DNA of 64,000 bases from Felis catus (taxonomy: Eukaryota). This document shows positions 36,149 to 48,829 of this stretch, piece after piece. Where the stretch lies: contig NC_058368.1 of assembly GCF_018350175.1 (NCBI RefSeq), forward strand, positions 236,036,001 through 236,100,000, written 5' to 3'. The notes under the pieces are model-generated. The model ran no database searches and had not been told where the DNA came from. It worked only from the letters and a program-made list of their open reading frames with translations. How positions within the stretch are numbered: position 1 is the stretch's first letter; each line of letters starts with the position of its first letter. The position numbers and the translations under genes were made by a program.

Positions 36149-39100
36149 TCTTACAGTATAATAAATGTTACCAGATGAAGGAGGACAGGCATTTAGAAGG
36201 GGAAAGTCTAAGAGTGGTGGTCTTCTAACCTGCTCTAGACCCAGGAGAAAGTCAATCAGGTGGCTGAGTTCAGCATTCAGGCGTGGTTATTCTTCCAATC
36301 ACACCTTTTGTCACTTCTGCTGTCCGCTGCCCCAACATTACCCTGAAAGGTTGGGGTGCAAGAAGATGGAGAAAGCTTGGTGGAGCTTCTCTTTCAGGGA
36401 ATTTCCTCTGGGGTTGGGTATCGCTGTAAAACAGCACTCTTAGTGCACAGCTGAATCACACAGGACCCCAGGCACTTCCCCCCTACAGGACTTTGGTATG
36501 TAGTGTGTTCATTCCCACTATACAGGAGAAAGAAGAGAGAGCAAAGGCAAGATGCATATGCCCTAAATCCCAAAGCTTGTGTCTGGTGGAAGAAAGATCC
36601 ACATAGAACCAGTGAAGCTATCATTGAATGCTTCCCATACTCATGAGGACTCCCTCTGGAGGGGAGAGGTTCAGGACCCAGCAGCACTGCATGAAGTCGG
36701 GGTGGACATCTCCTAGACACCAGTTTCCCTGGCATGCAGCTGTAGCCTGTTGGTTACACGACAGCCATCCATCCCTCTCGCCTGACCAAGGTGTGAGAAG
36801 CTCTCTGTGTGAGGACAGCAAGCTGATGTGTGAGGACAGCGAGCTGACCCGGCCGTGGCAGGTGAAGCGCTGGACCTGCCAGGCTGGAGTCGGGAGGAGC
36901 TGGGGACGCACAGTTTCACTGCCTTGCTAGAAGAAAGCCCACTCCCTTTCCGATGGAAGATCCAGGAGCCATTAGGCACTTTGCTCTCTACCACTCTCGC
37001 TCTAAAGCACCTGTCACGGACTGTGTTCTCCTTCCCTCCCAGCACTGATGTGGTGTGCAGGATGGAGCAGCCACCGATTGTGGGGAACAGTTACCCCGGT
37101 GGCTGAGGGACTGTTGACCATGGCAGGTGGACAAGATGCCTTCCAGCAGTTCTCCGGAGGGGGTCTTCAGGAAAGGAAAGGGAGGATTTGTGAAGCGGCT
37201 TTCTTTTTCTCCTACTTCTTACCTGCCGGGGGCTTCCAAATACAGCCCCTGTTGTCTCTCTTACCAGAGGGATGGAAGCCCAGGCTGTGTCCTTTTCTCC
37301 AGGCTCCTGAGTTCGGGGCTCCTCCAGCTCCTTCTAATTGCAGGACAGCCCCTCTGGCACCAGCTGCAGGAGTCACTCCCCTTCCACGTGGTCTTGGCTC
37401 TTTGTTTCTGCCTGGCGTGGCTCCCTCTTGGGTGTAACACCATGGCTTTGACTTTGTTCTCTGTAAGCCCTCGTGATAACAGAGGAGGGTAGTGTCGAGT
37501 GTTAGATTCCAAGGACGGACCTACTGTTCCTCTAACAATGGACACGTTTCCGACTGTGGGGAGAAGAGAAGATTTTGTGAAAGGTATTGCATTATTTTGT
37601 GCATGTTTGAGGGAGACCCCAAGCTACGTGGGGTCAAAGACTTGATAATTGCACCGGTGAGCGGCTAGAGGTTGTTCACAAGGGGCAGCCCACGTACGCA
37701 CACGCACATGCATGCATATCAAATCAACACAAGTGGAAATACAAGAACACAATAGCTAGCTGGCTTTATGTTTACCCATCACAGTCAGAATACGTTTAAA
37801 AATGTCTAATTTTTTGAGGGGAACATTGTTCGATGTGTTAATATTCTTGTCACATGATTTACTTCTTTTATTTCAACCCGTTATTCTCAGAGTTTCGTGA
37901 CATTCTGATAATTGCTTAGCATTTCTAGAGGATCTACTTTGGGAACTATTAGTTTTTAAATGTATCTGAAAAATAGATTACAAAATCATCTTTTAAAACA
38001 TATTTTCTCTCGTTTTTTTTTTTCTTTTTCTTTTTTTTTTTAACCTTCTGAGAGTGGCCAATTGAGCATCCCAATAGAAATCAAATGCATCTCTGAACAT
38101 CTAAATTTACTTTATACCGACTCTGCAGAAGGAAGGTCTCCATAACCCTTATAGAAGCAATATTCCACTGCTTTTTTTTTTGATTCCTTAAAAGTGCTTA
38201 TCAAGATGAATGAGAACAGTGGTGTGTAATTTCAAAGATGAAATTGCTTTTCTCTCCAGCTTTCCCTCAGCGTTTCAAGGTCACCCGTAAAAGGCAAGTG
38301 AGCCTATAGTTCTGGCCTTCTCCTGGGTCTGTGTCGGGACATATTACCCTCTCTGAGAAGGAGCCTGCCTTTCGATGCTCTGTTTTATTTTTCTTCTCCG
38401 AAGAGGGTGTGAAATTCCGACTCATTCATTCACACATCGTTGGGTAAGCTGCAGTGTTAAGAACAGTAAATAGCATCCCCTGTCGTATGTCTGCAACTCC
38501 GTTTTCATGGTACCACTCTTTACCTACTGTCCTCTGAAATGTTAGAGAAGGAAGTCTGAACGCACATCCCAGTAATGAGTCTCCTGCAAAGGCCAATGCC
38601 TTACAGACATGTGACGCTAGGTGGGGCCCAAACTCACACTCAGAATTGTGTGTTGCTTGATTTAATATCTGACAAAATATCAAAACAATGTGCTCGGCTT
38701 TCTTTTCTCCACTCCCCTGAAGCTCACCACTATTTAAACCTTCAGTCTGCGGATTTACATTTGACAATCCACTGATGCCCGAATGTTCTCAAGCATCCAG
38801 TGTGGCTAACAGCTCAAAACTCACCAAGACATCCTACTACCTGCCTCCTCATAAGAAAATATGCCTTGGTGATCACTTATATTGGGGGGATCGGCAACCA
38901 AACACATGATTTTCCTTAGATTAAAATGATTACTTATATCCTCCCAGGTAATCTGGTCTTATAAAATTTTAAAGCCATCTAAAATATCTTAAGATACGCT
39001 ATCTGTTGAACAGCAATTTATAAACATCAGGAGAATCATGACTGAGAGTGACAATAATTTTGCTTACTTCCGTAAAATTCCTGTTCCTGCGTGAAAGTAG

Positions 39101-39894
39101 CAGCATTTATGAAAATTCAAAAGAAAATTATCAACAACGAATGGATTGAAATGAAAACACTCAGAATATCTGAAGTCAAAACAAGAAAGAGCTCTTTGGT
39201 GACATAGCGGAGAATGAGTTCATCTTCGATGTGGCTGCCTCGTGACCGGGCTGATGTAGGGTGGCACAAAATTTGGCACGGACTTCCCTAACACTTGGAT
39301 TCCTGGGGCCCCAGAGGTTATTATATCAAACTCCCAACGTTCTGCCAAGAGTGAAATGAATAATGGGAGTGACAGCCCAGCAATGGTCCCTCAGTGGTAA
39401 GTGTTTTCTTGACAATATTCAATTTATGATCAAGGCACTTAAGAGAATGACCTAAGCAGTTCTTCGATAATGAACCCATACCTTAAAGGCAAAGCAAAAG
39501 CTCCCCTGCGTAGTCTAGAGTCTGCTTTGGGTCCACTTTCACATACACTTTTTCCCAGTTTGACCTGGTTTGATCCTTTGATTCCTGTTCCCATACCCCA
39601 CACTTTCGATAAGTTTTGGGACATTGTGAGGAAGCGTCATTTAGCATGAGGCCCGAAAAGTAGAAGCACATGGCAACACAACCTAGGACGCGGCAAGCAC
39701 GTGGCTTTCTATCAGCGCCCAGCTGTCACCTGGGAGTCTCCAGGGGCGGCTGTCTTTCTAGAAGTCTAGCAAAATGCTACCAGGAAGGCCAGCTTGATTT
39801 TACCAGAATCTTGCCTGTAGGTACATTTTGGGAGCAAGGTAGTCAAGACCTGTTTTTCACTCATTATCCTTTTAAGAAAGTTAATGACACTTTA

Positions 39895-40117
39895 TTTATT
39901 TTTTTTTAATTTTTTTTTCAACGTTTATTTTTGGGACAGAGAAAGACAGAGCATGAACGGGGGAGGGGCAGACAGAGAGGGAGACACAGAGTGGGAAACA
40001 GGCTCCAGGCTCCGAGCCATCAGCCCAGAGCCTGACGCGGGGCTCGAAATCACGGACCGCGAGATCGTGACCTGGCTGAAGTCGGACGCTTAACCGACTG
40101 CGCCACCCAGGCGCCCC
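39895..40117 (-). mobile_element. Young felid SINE (SINEC_Fc-type)
   Basis: 15-bp TSD GTTAATGACACTTTA at 39880-39894 and 40118-40132. Confidence 0.98.
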
Positions 40118-40439
40118 GTTAATGACACTTTAAATGACAACATGCATTCGCCTACAGTCATAGGCACCGTTTATGGAAGCTTATCAAGCTTCCTATGTCC
40201 TCAAGTGCTCACCACAGTCCCTAACGTAAACAGTATTATGATAATAGTAATAAGTCACAATAAGAGTAGCTCCTATCATTGTGACTCCTCCTCCTACTGT
40301 CTTATTGGTAATAGAACCAAAGAACAGAGAGGTTCAGTGATTTGCAGGGTGTGGTGAAGTAACTTGCTCTCCAACAGAAGTCTACCATGTGGTCAAGAGC
40401 AGTGAGCAAGGGCGCGTGAGGTGCACTTACCCCTGGCCT

Positions 40440-40592
40440 CCATGCCCTGTAGGCTAGAACCCGGAAAACGTACAAAGATCCCAGGACCTCTGTGCACCGA
40501 GAGCTCTAGGAACCTACCTTTTCTTGCAAGCAGTGATGCTGCTTTGCTAATTTTCAAACAATTCTTCCAGCACTGAAGTTTGGGACCCCTGA
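40440..40592. mobile_element. Possible MER5-like hAT relic
   Basis: gcaagcagtgatgctgc...aagtttgggacccctg resembles a MER5 terminus. Confidence 0.35.
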
Positions 40593-41414
40593 GGCATCTC
40601 TCCCACGAAGCTAACTTTTCTTTCCAAAAGACTGTTATTATGTTATTCAAATGAACCTGAGTATAATTGTGAACAAATCTACAATCTGGAAATGTTACAG
40701 TAAAAAGGATACCAACTGAAAACAGGAATCTAAAGTAAGGGTAATCGCAAAGCAGGTAAGATGCCCCTTTGCTTTCCTCAAGCTCATGACATTGCTTGCA
40801 AACAAAGCTGTGTCTTAGAATACTTTTCCTCCATGATTCCCGTGTCCTCACACCCCTATTTCAAGTGTGCCAACGATTTAATTTGGTTTCCCTTCTGCTA
40901 CTCGTCAGTGGCATGCAGAACCCTTTCCAACTTGTTCACTAAAGAGAGATTTTTTTATTATAAAGCGGTGGGTGGGCGAGCCCATGTGGCTGAGATCAGG
41001 ACCCATGCAGAAAGCCCTCTCAGAACCCCTTCTCTACGGTATTTTCTCACATATGCCTCAATTCCTGAATAGAATTCTCAGATTAGGACAGGCTAGCCCC
41101 AATTCAGTTCTTAAAGCCTATCTTACAGTCCATTATGCAGCATTGAAAATTTCTCCCCGGTGAAGAAATATATTATTTTCAACCTCAAAACTTCTGCTTC
41201 AAGACTTTCATGTGCCTGTGCTCTGCCTTCTAGAGCTCATGATTCCCCCCCACCCAGATTTGAAAGCTTACATTCAGAAGATTAAAAGAAAGGGATTTTA
41301 ATCTGAATGGAATTTCACTCCCCTTGAGAAGGTTGGGATCAGACAGTCCAGGGACGTTGTTTGGGTACCAAACAGGCCCCCGGGTGCCCTCAGCCACAGC
41401 CTCAGATGCATGTG

Positions 41415-41416
<2 letters not shown>

Positions 41417-41448
<32 letters not shown>
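41417..41448 (+). repeat. (AC)n microsatellite
   Basis: Seen directly. Confidence 0.95.
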
Positions 41449-41452
<4 letters not shown>

Positions 41453-42049
41453 TGGATTGTAACGTGCCTATCCTGACAAATCTCTGCCACTGACAGGAAG
41501 ACTTTACTTTCTGTCATTCTCATTTTGTGTCTTCTAAATGAAAGCATGTTTTTCCTACTTGTAACTTTCCTGTTTACCTGCTCAAGGGAAAGCAAAGCCC
41601 AGCAGCATCTGCTATTGATGTCCCTTGCATGTTGTACTTAACAGTTTATAGACACCGACACCCACCAAGAGGACCTTGCTGTCCATGTTCCTCTCTAATA
41701 GTGCAGCACGTGTATCTTTCACCGGTTACGAACAAGCAAAGAAACAAACAAAACTTAGTTTTCATGGCTGCCTATGGTTGCATTTTAAGGGCGTTACCAT
41801 TGTTCAATTTAGTTAGCAAATTGTAGGTGAATATTCATTATGATTACAATTCTTTATTTTCTGTGCTTCCTTCTTTTATTCTTCATATTTTAGCCCATGT
41901 TGTGATGACATTTCTTGTGTATGTTTTGGTAGAATACAATCCCAAAGGTCACTGCCTCAGGCCTAGGTCGTCAACATTGGATATCTCTGAAACTGTGTCC
42001 TAGAAACTTACACGAACATGTGTATCAGCCCCTAGTCTAAGAGAATGCC

Positions 42050-42070
42050 TTTTTTTAAGTTTATTTATTT

Positions 42071-42114
<44 letters not shown>

Positions 42115-42263
42115 ACAGAGAGAGAGAGAGAGAGAGAATCCCAAGCAGCCTCTGCACTGTCAGCACAGAGCCGGATGCAGGGCTCGAACTCAAGAACCGT
42201 GAGATCATGACCAGAGCCAAAAACTAAGAGTCAAGATGCTTAACTGAGCCACCCAGGCGCCCC
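42050..42263 (-). mobile_element. Can-SINE carrying a (TG)n(AG)n compound microsatellite
   Basis: T-tail, (TG)n from about 42075-42112, (AG)n, SINE body. Confidence 0.95.
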
Positions 42264-42650
42264 TCTAAGACCACGTTTTAAAAATTATCTCAACAAATAT
42301 TGATTCAGCTATACACAGAACATAAAATTTGTACACAGAACATAAAATTTTAGACTAGAATATACAAAATTTCTGTGTTTTCATTTGGAGTTTGTTTTCC
42401 ACTTAAGGAATCAGGAGTTTTCTTGATTTCTTTCTTTTTTAAAAGACTTATCAGTTGAATGGATGTCATTCACTGAAATTTCAACTTGTCCCTAGAGTGG
42501 AAAGCCCAGCTCTGTCCATTATTAGATTTGCATAGAAAACTAGAACTACTTTAAACTCTCCATTCTGTTCCTCTAATCTCATCCATCAGTCTGTATGCCC
42601 ATCACATTTTGATTATTTAGCTTTAAAATACATTGCATTGAGTCTCTTCC

Positions 42651-42859
42651 GTGACTCAGTCAATTGAGCATCTAACTCTTGATTTCAGCTCAGGTCATTA
42701 AACCAGTGTTATGAGATCGATCGAGCCACATGTTGGGCTCTGTGCTGAGTGTGGAGCCTGCTTAAGAGTCTCTGTCTCTCTGTCTCTCTGTCTCTCTGTC
42801 TCTCTGTCTCTCTCTCCCCCTCTCTCCCTTCCCTGCTTGCACTCTCTCTTAAAAATACA

Positions 42860-42892
<33 letters not shown>

Positions 42893-42908
42893 CAAAAAAA
42901 ATAATAAA
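42651..42908 (+). mobile_element. Older Can-SINE with a (TACA)n tail
   Basis: gtgactcagtcaattgagcatctaactcttgatttcagctcaggtcat...(CT)-rich...aaaatacatacatac. Confidence 0.92.
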
Positions 42909-43719
42909 ATGCATTTTATTATCTGGGAGGTCATGTGGTGGTCTTTGCACTTCCTTTTGTAATTCTCAATCTTATTTGTTCATATTTATTTTCTGGATTA
43001 GCTTTAGAATTATTTTTGCTGTGTTGTTAAAATTCCAGTGGAATTCTCTTAAGATGCCATTAAATGTGTGAATTAGTTTGGGAAGATTTTCTGTCTTCAT
43101 GAAATTTAACCTTGATGTCCGAGAAGCCGGTATGTTTTTCAATGTATACGTCATATATTTATGTATGTAATGTAACTTTTAAATTCTATTTTAGCAAAAT
43201 ACAGCACAATAAACATGATATACAAATGTATTTTGTACTGATAGAAAAACAAGGTCATCCAGACTCAGCCCAGACCAGAGCCTCTCTGCACCTCCCAGAA
43301 TATTAAGTTGTAGAGTTGAATAAAGGAAGTCAGGGACTCCTTTCCTTTCTCTTAAAGATATTCCATTTTAATCCATCATTTTCGAGTTAATGGAATGAAT
43401 TACAACATTTTCTGATCTTGAGAGTTTGGAACCCTGAAAACCCCTTGGGAAGAATGGAGTTTAATCTACCTATTGCCTGCTGGTCACAGTGGTGTTTCTT
43501 TTCATTTGGTGGGAAGTCGACTTTCTCACTTCAAGGGCTGCCCTTGCTCACTGACATTACTTTATTCTCTTGTCTCTTGGCATCATCATTGTGTAGCTTT
43601 GATTATATCATTTCTCAGTCTTTACATTTAATATGAAAGATCGCAGATGTATTCAGCTTGGACTCATGTACAACCTCACCATTTTGATTCTCCTGTGGAC
43701 TCGCGGCTTTGTGTCCTAG

Positions 43720-43850
43720 GTAGTACCATCGTCTGCCATTTACAAAGGGAGACTTGAGGCAGCTAAGTGACAGGTGTCTGTCCCACGCGATATGAAATGG
43801 AGCCTGGAAGCAAACCCAGACACAGAACCCAGAAGCCCCACATTTAGCTT
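43720..43850 (-). mobile_element. MIR relic
   Basis: ccatttacaaagggagacttgaggcagctaagtgac...gagcctggaagcaaacccagac. Confidence 0.5.
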
Positions 43851-44419
43851 CTCACCATCAGGCTTATAGTATCTCCTTTCTCCCGACAGGAGAGCTCACC
43901 AAGCTCGGACGTCACACGCAGAAGGTGGGCCTTCCCTGGGTCATTGCCTAGAACACAGTGGCTGCCAGCCAGGATTACCTTTTTGGACTTGGGTTGAAGG
44001 AGAAACACACTGCTTTCATCGTGTTTCACCTGCTATACATTTTGGGCTTATCACATCATCCAAGCATCAGTAATTCACATAGCAAGTCCCAGTAAGGAGG
44101 GCTAAAAATACATCTTTGTTGCATGTTTCAATATTTCAAATAATTGAACGGCTGCAGATAGGATGAAGTTAGGAAATGGTATACAGCCACGAATGAAGCT
44201 GATGCGCAAAATGCAGAACATGAAAGGCCTTCCTCTGTCTCAGGGAACGAGTTTGGTTCTACGGCGGAAGGTGGAAAAAAGGAAAAGGAATGGAATAAAT
44301 GACTGAGGAGAAACTCAAGTGTTAATGACGCCAGTGCCAGTGTTCTTTCTGCCATTCAGACTGTGGCGTTCATCTGCTGCTGCTGGGCCAGTTAGGAATC
44401 TACCTGCGATTCCAAATAG

Positions 44420-44612
44420 ACGAAGATGCAGATGTACGTAGAGATGATAGGCAGATGATACGCAGATTTGGATGTACATGCAGATGTATATGCAGATGTG
44501 CACGTACACGTAGACGATATGCAGATGTAGGTGTGCATGTAAATGATATGCAGATGTGGATGCCGATGCACACGTAGACAAAGTCACAGATACACATGAT
44601 ATTGATATAGAC
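44420..44612 (+). repeat. Degenerate ATGCAGATGT-based low-complexity minisatellite
   Basis: GCAGAT recurs about 7 times among RY-alternating spacers. Confidence 0.75.
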
Positions 44613-45828
44613 TAGACAACGGTCGATGCGGGTGTGATTAGAAACACAGGGATAGACTCATTTATAGAGATCATGTCACTTCTCAGCCTCCAGCGGTTTG
44701 TGGGGCTGTCCTTTCAGCGACTCCTCTGGTGCCCTCATGTTCTCTTCCTACTCCCTCCCTCATGTGGCTTCTGAGCTGTGTTTCATGTGGTCAGGCATTC
44801 CCTCCCTCTTCCGGCATCTCCTTCCCTTTTTCTCTGTGTCTCTCTTGTGCCCCCGTGTAGGTCGACCCATGCGGCCACTCCCCCGCGTGCCTGCTGTCCT
44901 GTGCATGTTCATGTCCCTCAAGCCCTGCCCTGGCTCGCTCCTGTTTTCCACTCACCCACCTGTCTCTGAGTGTGCCCGCCCTCACCTCCTTTCCTTTGAT
45001 GCTTCATCACCAACCTCCGTCTCTACCTCAGGCTGTCCCCACACGGCCAGCCCCCCGCACCGTCCCCACTGATGACTGCTCTGGTAATCTGACAGGTCCC
45101 GTGTCCTGAAACAAAGCTACGTCTTCTCCAAATCTCCCCTGTGGTGCTTCCCTGCGTTGTCCTGCCTGACGTGGGCAGCTGTCCGAGCCAGAGATGTATG
45201 ATCCATCTGTGTTGTCCTGTTCTCTCCGCCTCCTGCAGATTCCTTGCCCTTCCCACCCATCTCCTTCACAAACCCTGCCTTGATGGGTGTTAAGGAGACT
45301 TGTGGTGATCTTTTCACAATGACTATGTCGCACACTGAAATGGATGCAATGTCATGGGCCAATTAGACCTCAATAAAATAAAAGTGGGAGCCAAAGATTT
45401 CAGTTTTAAACTTCCTAGAAGTTGAGAAATTTTGTACTCAAAACCTTTTTGAGTACATTCTACCAGGGGTCAGGCTTCATCCGACTAAGCGATGATTGGA
45501 AAATTTCGGCAAAAGAAGAGATAATGAGAACTGAATGGGTTTAATTGTGAAACAAAGACTAAAACAAACACGATAATAAGCCTGGTAGAACATGATCCAA
45601 CAAATTAGAAATTCAACTGAAAATGGGAGGCAAAAAGAGAAAAATGCAGACTGAGTTCTATGATGAGAGCAAAAGACATCTGTGAAACTAGCACACTGAA
45701 CAGGTTCCCCAAGTGTAGGTGGTAAGGAAGACGGGGCTGAGAGCCTTAGTGATGGCAGGATAGACACCTCTGCCCACATTGAGGGCTTCCCCTAAGGCTT
45801 CTCATGCTCTGACCCTTTTCAAAAAAGG

Positions 45829-45920
45829 GGGGCACCTGGCTGGCTCTGTAGAGCATGTGACTCTTGATCTCAGGGCTGTAAGTTCGAGTCCCAGGTTGGG
45901 TGTGGAGATTATTTAAAAAG
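45829..45920 (+). mobile_element. Short tRNA-derived carnivore SINE (no CT tract)
   Basis: ggggcacctggctggctctgtagagcatgtgactcttgatctcagggctgtaagttcgagtccc...gagattatttaaaaa. Confidence 0.85.
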
Positions 45921-45928
45921 AAACTCTT

Positions 45929-46122
45929 GGGGCACCTGGGTGGCTCCGCTGGTTGAGTGTCCAACTTCAGCCTAAGTTAGGATGGTTCGTGAGTTCAAGC
46001 CCCACATCAGGCTTGCTAATAGCACAGAGCCTGCTTTGGATCCTCTGTCCCCTTCTTTCTCTGCCCCTCCCCCACTCATTCTCTCCCTCTCTGTCATAAA
46101 TAAATAAACATCAAAACATGTT
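45929..46122 (+). mobile_element. Can-SINE
   Basis: SINE head, (CT)-rich tract, aaataaataaa tail. Confidence 0.93.
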
Positions 46123-46135
46123 TAAAAATCTTCAC

Positions 46136-46345
46136 GGGGCGCCTGGGTGGCTCAGTCGGTTGAGCGTCTGACATCGGCTCAGGTCCCAATCTCTCAGTTC
46201 GTGGGTTCGAGCCCCGCGTCGGGCTCTGTGCTGACAGCTCAGAGCCTGGAGCCTGCTTTGGATTCTGTGTCTCCTCTCTCTGTTCCTCCCCGGCTCACAC
46301 TCTGTTTCTCTCTCTGTCTTAAAAATAAAGATCAAAAAAAAAAAT
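46136..46345 (+). mobile_element. Can-SINE
   Basis: TAAAAATCTTCA at 46123-46134 and 46346-46357. Confidence 0.96.
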
Positions 46346-46793
46346 TAAAAATCTTCAAAAAATATTTCCCAAAAAAGCTAAAAAAACGGTCATGTAAAAT
46401 AAGGTCAATGCAGGGAATATATACTTTATGACATTTTGCAAATGAACAGCCATTTATTTTTGTTCGTTACTAGCTATAAAATGCATGTAATATATTTAAG
46501 CAGAAGTAGATAGCTCGGTAAGATTATGAAGAAGAACAATGTAAAACACCTCATTTATAAATGTTTAATTTTCATGAACAGGAATTCAAGCTTTATGAGT
46601 TGGCACTTCTATTACAGATTTATAATATATTGTTAATCCTTAAATATTATAATTTTAAAGCTTAGTGACTATCTCGGCTGGTTGTCATTCTATTTAGATT
46701 CTTAAAATTCAAATAGCAATCTCAGATAAGTTCAATGGTCTACTTCAGTCTGAATATGGAGATAGAAATAAGCAGAACACTTTTCTCCGTGCG

Positions 46794-46795
<2 letters not shown>

Positions 46796-46834
<39 letters not shown>
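46796..46834 (+). repeat. (CA)n microsatellite
   Basis: Seen directly. Confidence 0.95.
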
Positions 46835-46836
<2 letters not shown>

Positions 46837-46899
46837 CTGTGTATACACATCTTAATTATTTATCTAAATGTGTTTTGTGTTTGGACATAGTCACAGAAA

Positions 46900-47480
46900 T
46901 ACATGAACTAAAATGGTTTTGTTGTTATATATAACAAAACATAAAATATATAGTATAGTTCACTGCAGAAAATTCTCAAATATAGAATTGTTTAACAAAG
47001 AAAAATTTTACCCATAATTCTATTATCTAGAGGAAACTCCTGTAAGTATTTTGGGATTTTTTTATGCCTACCTTTTATTTTGCATATCTTATTAAAATTG
47101 ACATTTTTACAATTCAAATTCTGATTTTTCACTTAATAGTAACCATTTCTAGGTATATTAAATATTATTTGTAAACCTAATTTTGATGGTTATATACTAT
47201 TCCATCACATGGATACAAGGTTATTTTCATTAACAAATTCTATATCATTTTAAATGTGTCTCAAAGCTCATAAGAGTTATTATTGCAATTGTATTTAACT
47301 TCCTTAGGATTAATTTATGAAGTGGAATCATGAGGTCAAAGTTTGTAGATATTTTGAGATTTTTGGCCCAGATGTCTAATTACTTCCTTATATCATTGTA
47401 CCAATTGATATGAACAGGGTTTCAGAGGACACATAAGCCACGCCTTCAATGGAAAATATTTCACATGTTCTAAGATTTTA
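46900..47480 (-). mobile_element. Very old L1 (L1ME-like) 3' end relic
   Basis: acccataattctattatctagag...tattccatcacatggatac...tccttaggattaatttatgaagtggaatc. Confidence 0.55.
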
Positions 47481-47796
47481 TTTTGGCAAAATACAATATA
47501 GGTTAATTATTGCCCACACCCTATGGCCTGGTTATTGTTTTGTTTTTGTTTTGTTGGGTTTTGTTTAGTTAGTCTTAATAGACGACATGGGATATTTTGG
47601 AAAGGATTTATAATCCAAACATGAGCTTCTGACTACCTGATAGTTAGGGGACCAGGATCTGGGACCTCTTCTCTCCCTCCTCTTCCTCAATGTAAAAGAA
47701 AAACCAATTTGCATTCAGGTAAGTTTTGGAATACTCAAACACATGGTTCCATATTGATAATAAAGCCTGCTTAGGTCAGCTACCAACCACTTTTTT

Positions 47797-48018
47797 TTGT
47801 TTTTAAATGTTTTTCCAACATTTATTTATTTTTGAGACAGAGAGAGACAGAGCACGAACGGGGGAGGGGCAGAGAGAGAGGGAGACACAGAATCGGAAAC
47901 AGGCTCCAGGCTCTGAGCCATCAGCCCAGAGCCCGACGCGGGGCTCGAACTCACGGACTGCAAGATCGTGACCTGGCTGAAGTCGGACGCTTAACCGACT
48001 GCGCCACCCAGGCGCCCC
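47797..48018 (-). mobile_element. Young felid SINE (SINEC_Fc-type)
   Basis: TSD CCAACCACTTTTTT at 47783-47796 and 48019-48032. Confidence 0.98.
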
Positions 48019-48829
48019 CCAACCACTTTTTTATACCTTATTTTTGGAGATTTCCAAATCAAGATTAAGAATCCAAGAAATTATTCCTAATTCTCCCTCT
48101 CTCTCTCTCTCTCAGGTTAGAATGTTGAACATCTTCAGAACTAAAGTATCATAATATTACCCTGCCACCTAGGGGCATTGCCAAAGAAATTTATACATGC
48201 ACAGTAAAGGCAGGTGTAGTATGTTGTCCAAAATATACAAATTACGTTAATAGTACAAATAATGGAGTCACTAATACAAATAGCATCCACCATTACGTGT
48301 TTATATTTCATCTTTTCCAAAATAATCTATGTTATTAAAGCCATATAAAAATGGTAAGGTGGAAACTAGTAAGATTCGCCATATCTCCGCCCGTCTTCCA
48401 GGACTATGGAACCGTAAGAGTTAACACAATAAACACTGTGCATTCATACGTCATACATGTTCTGTAGAGCATACATGTTTTACATACGTGTTTTTCCAAG
48501 CCCTCATAGCCCTTTATTCGTTATTCCTCATTTAGGACATTGTTATGTGCTTGGGAGACGCATGTCTATTTAGGACGTGGCCAACTGCCCACTGCCGTGG
48601 AGACGGGTAGTGGGTCTATATCGTAGCATAAACATAGAGTCTGCCGGACCACATCCTTCCTACCATCAAAAGCAATGAAAAACCAACCTCCGAATGGTTG
48701 GCTTCTTAAGGCAGTCTTTAGACGATGCCTGGCCACCTTTTCCAATCCCTTGAAAATAAGCTTTTCCTGATGAAATTTACCGAAGTGGGGACTCTGAATA
48801 TTCCAACCTAATAGCACTATCTGCATACT

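Noticed and set aside
2731..42350. Scattered 11-21-bp tandem duplications (about 2732, 9838, 23384, 42313)
   Set aside because: These are ordinary slippage duplications with no shared sequence or pattern.
45829..45905. tRNA gene
   Set aside because: It has a SINE-type GGGGCACCTGG start and A-rich tail and no convincing acceptor stem, so it is a tRNA-derived SINE.
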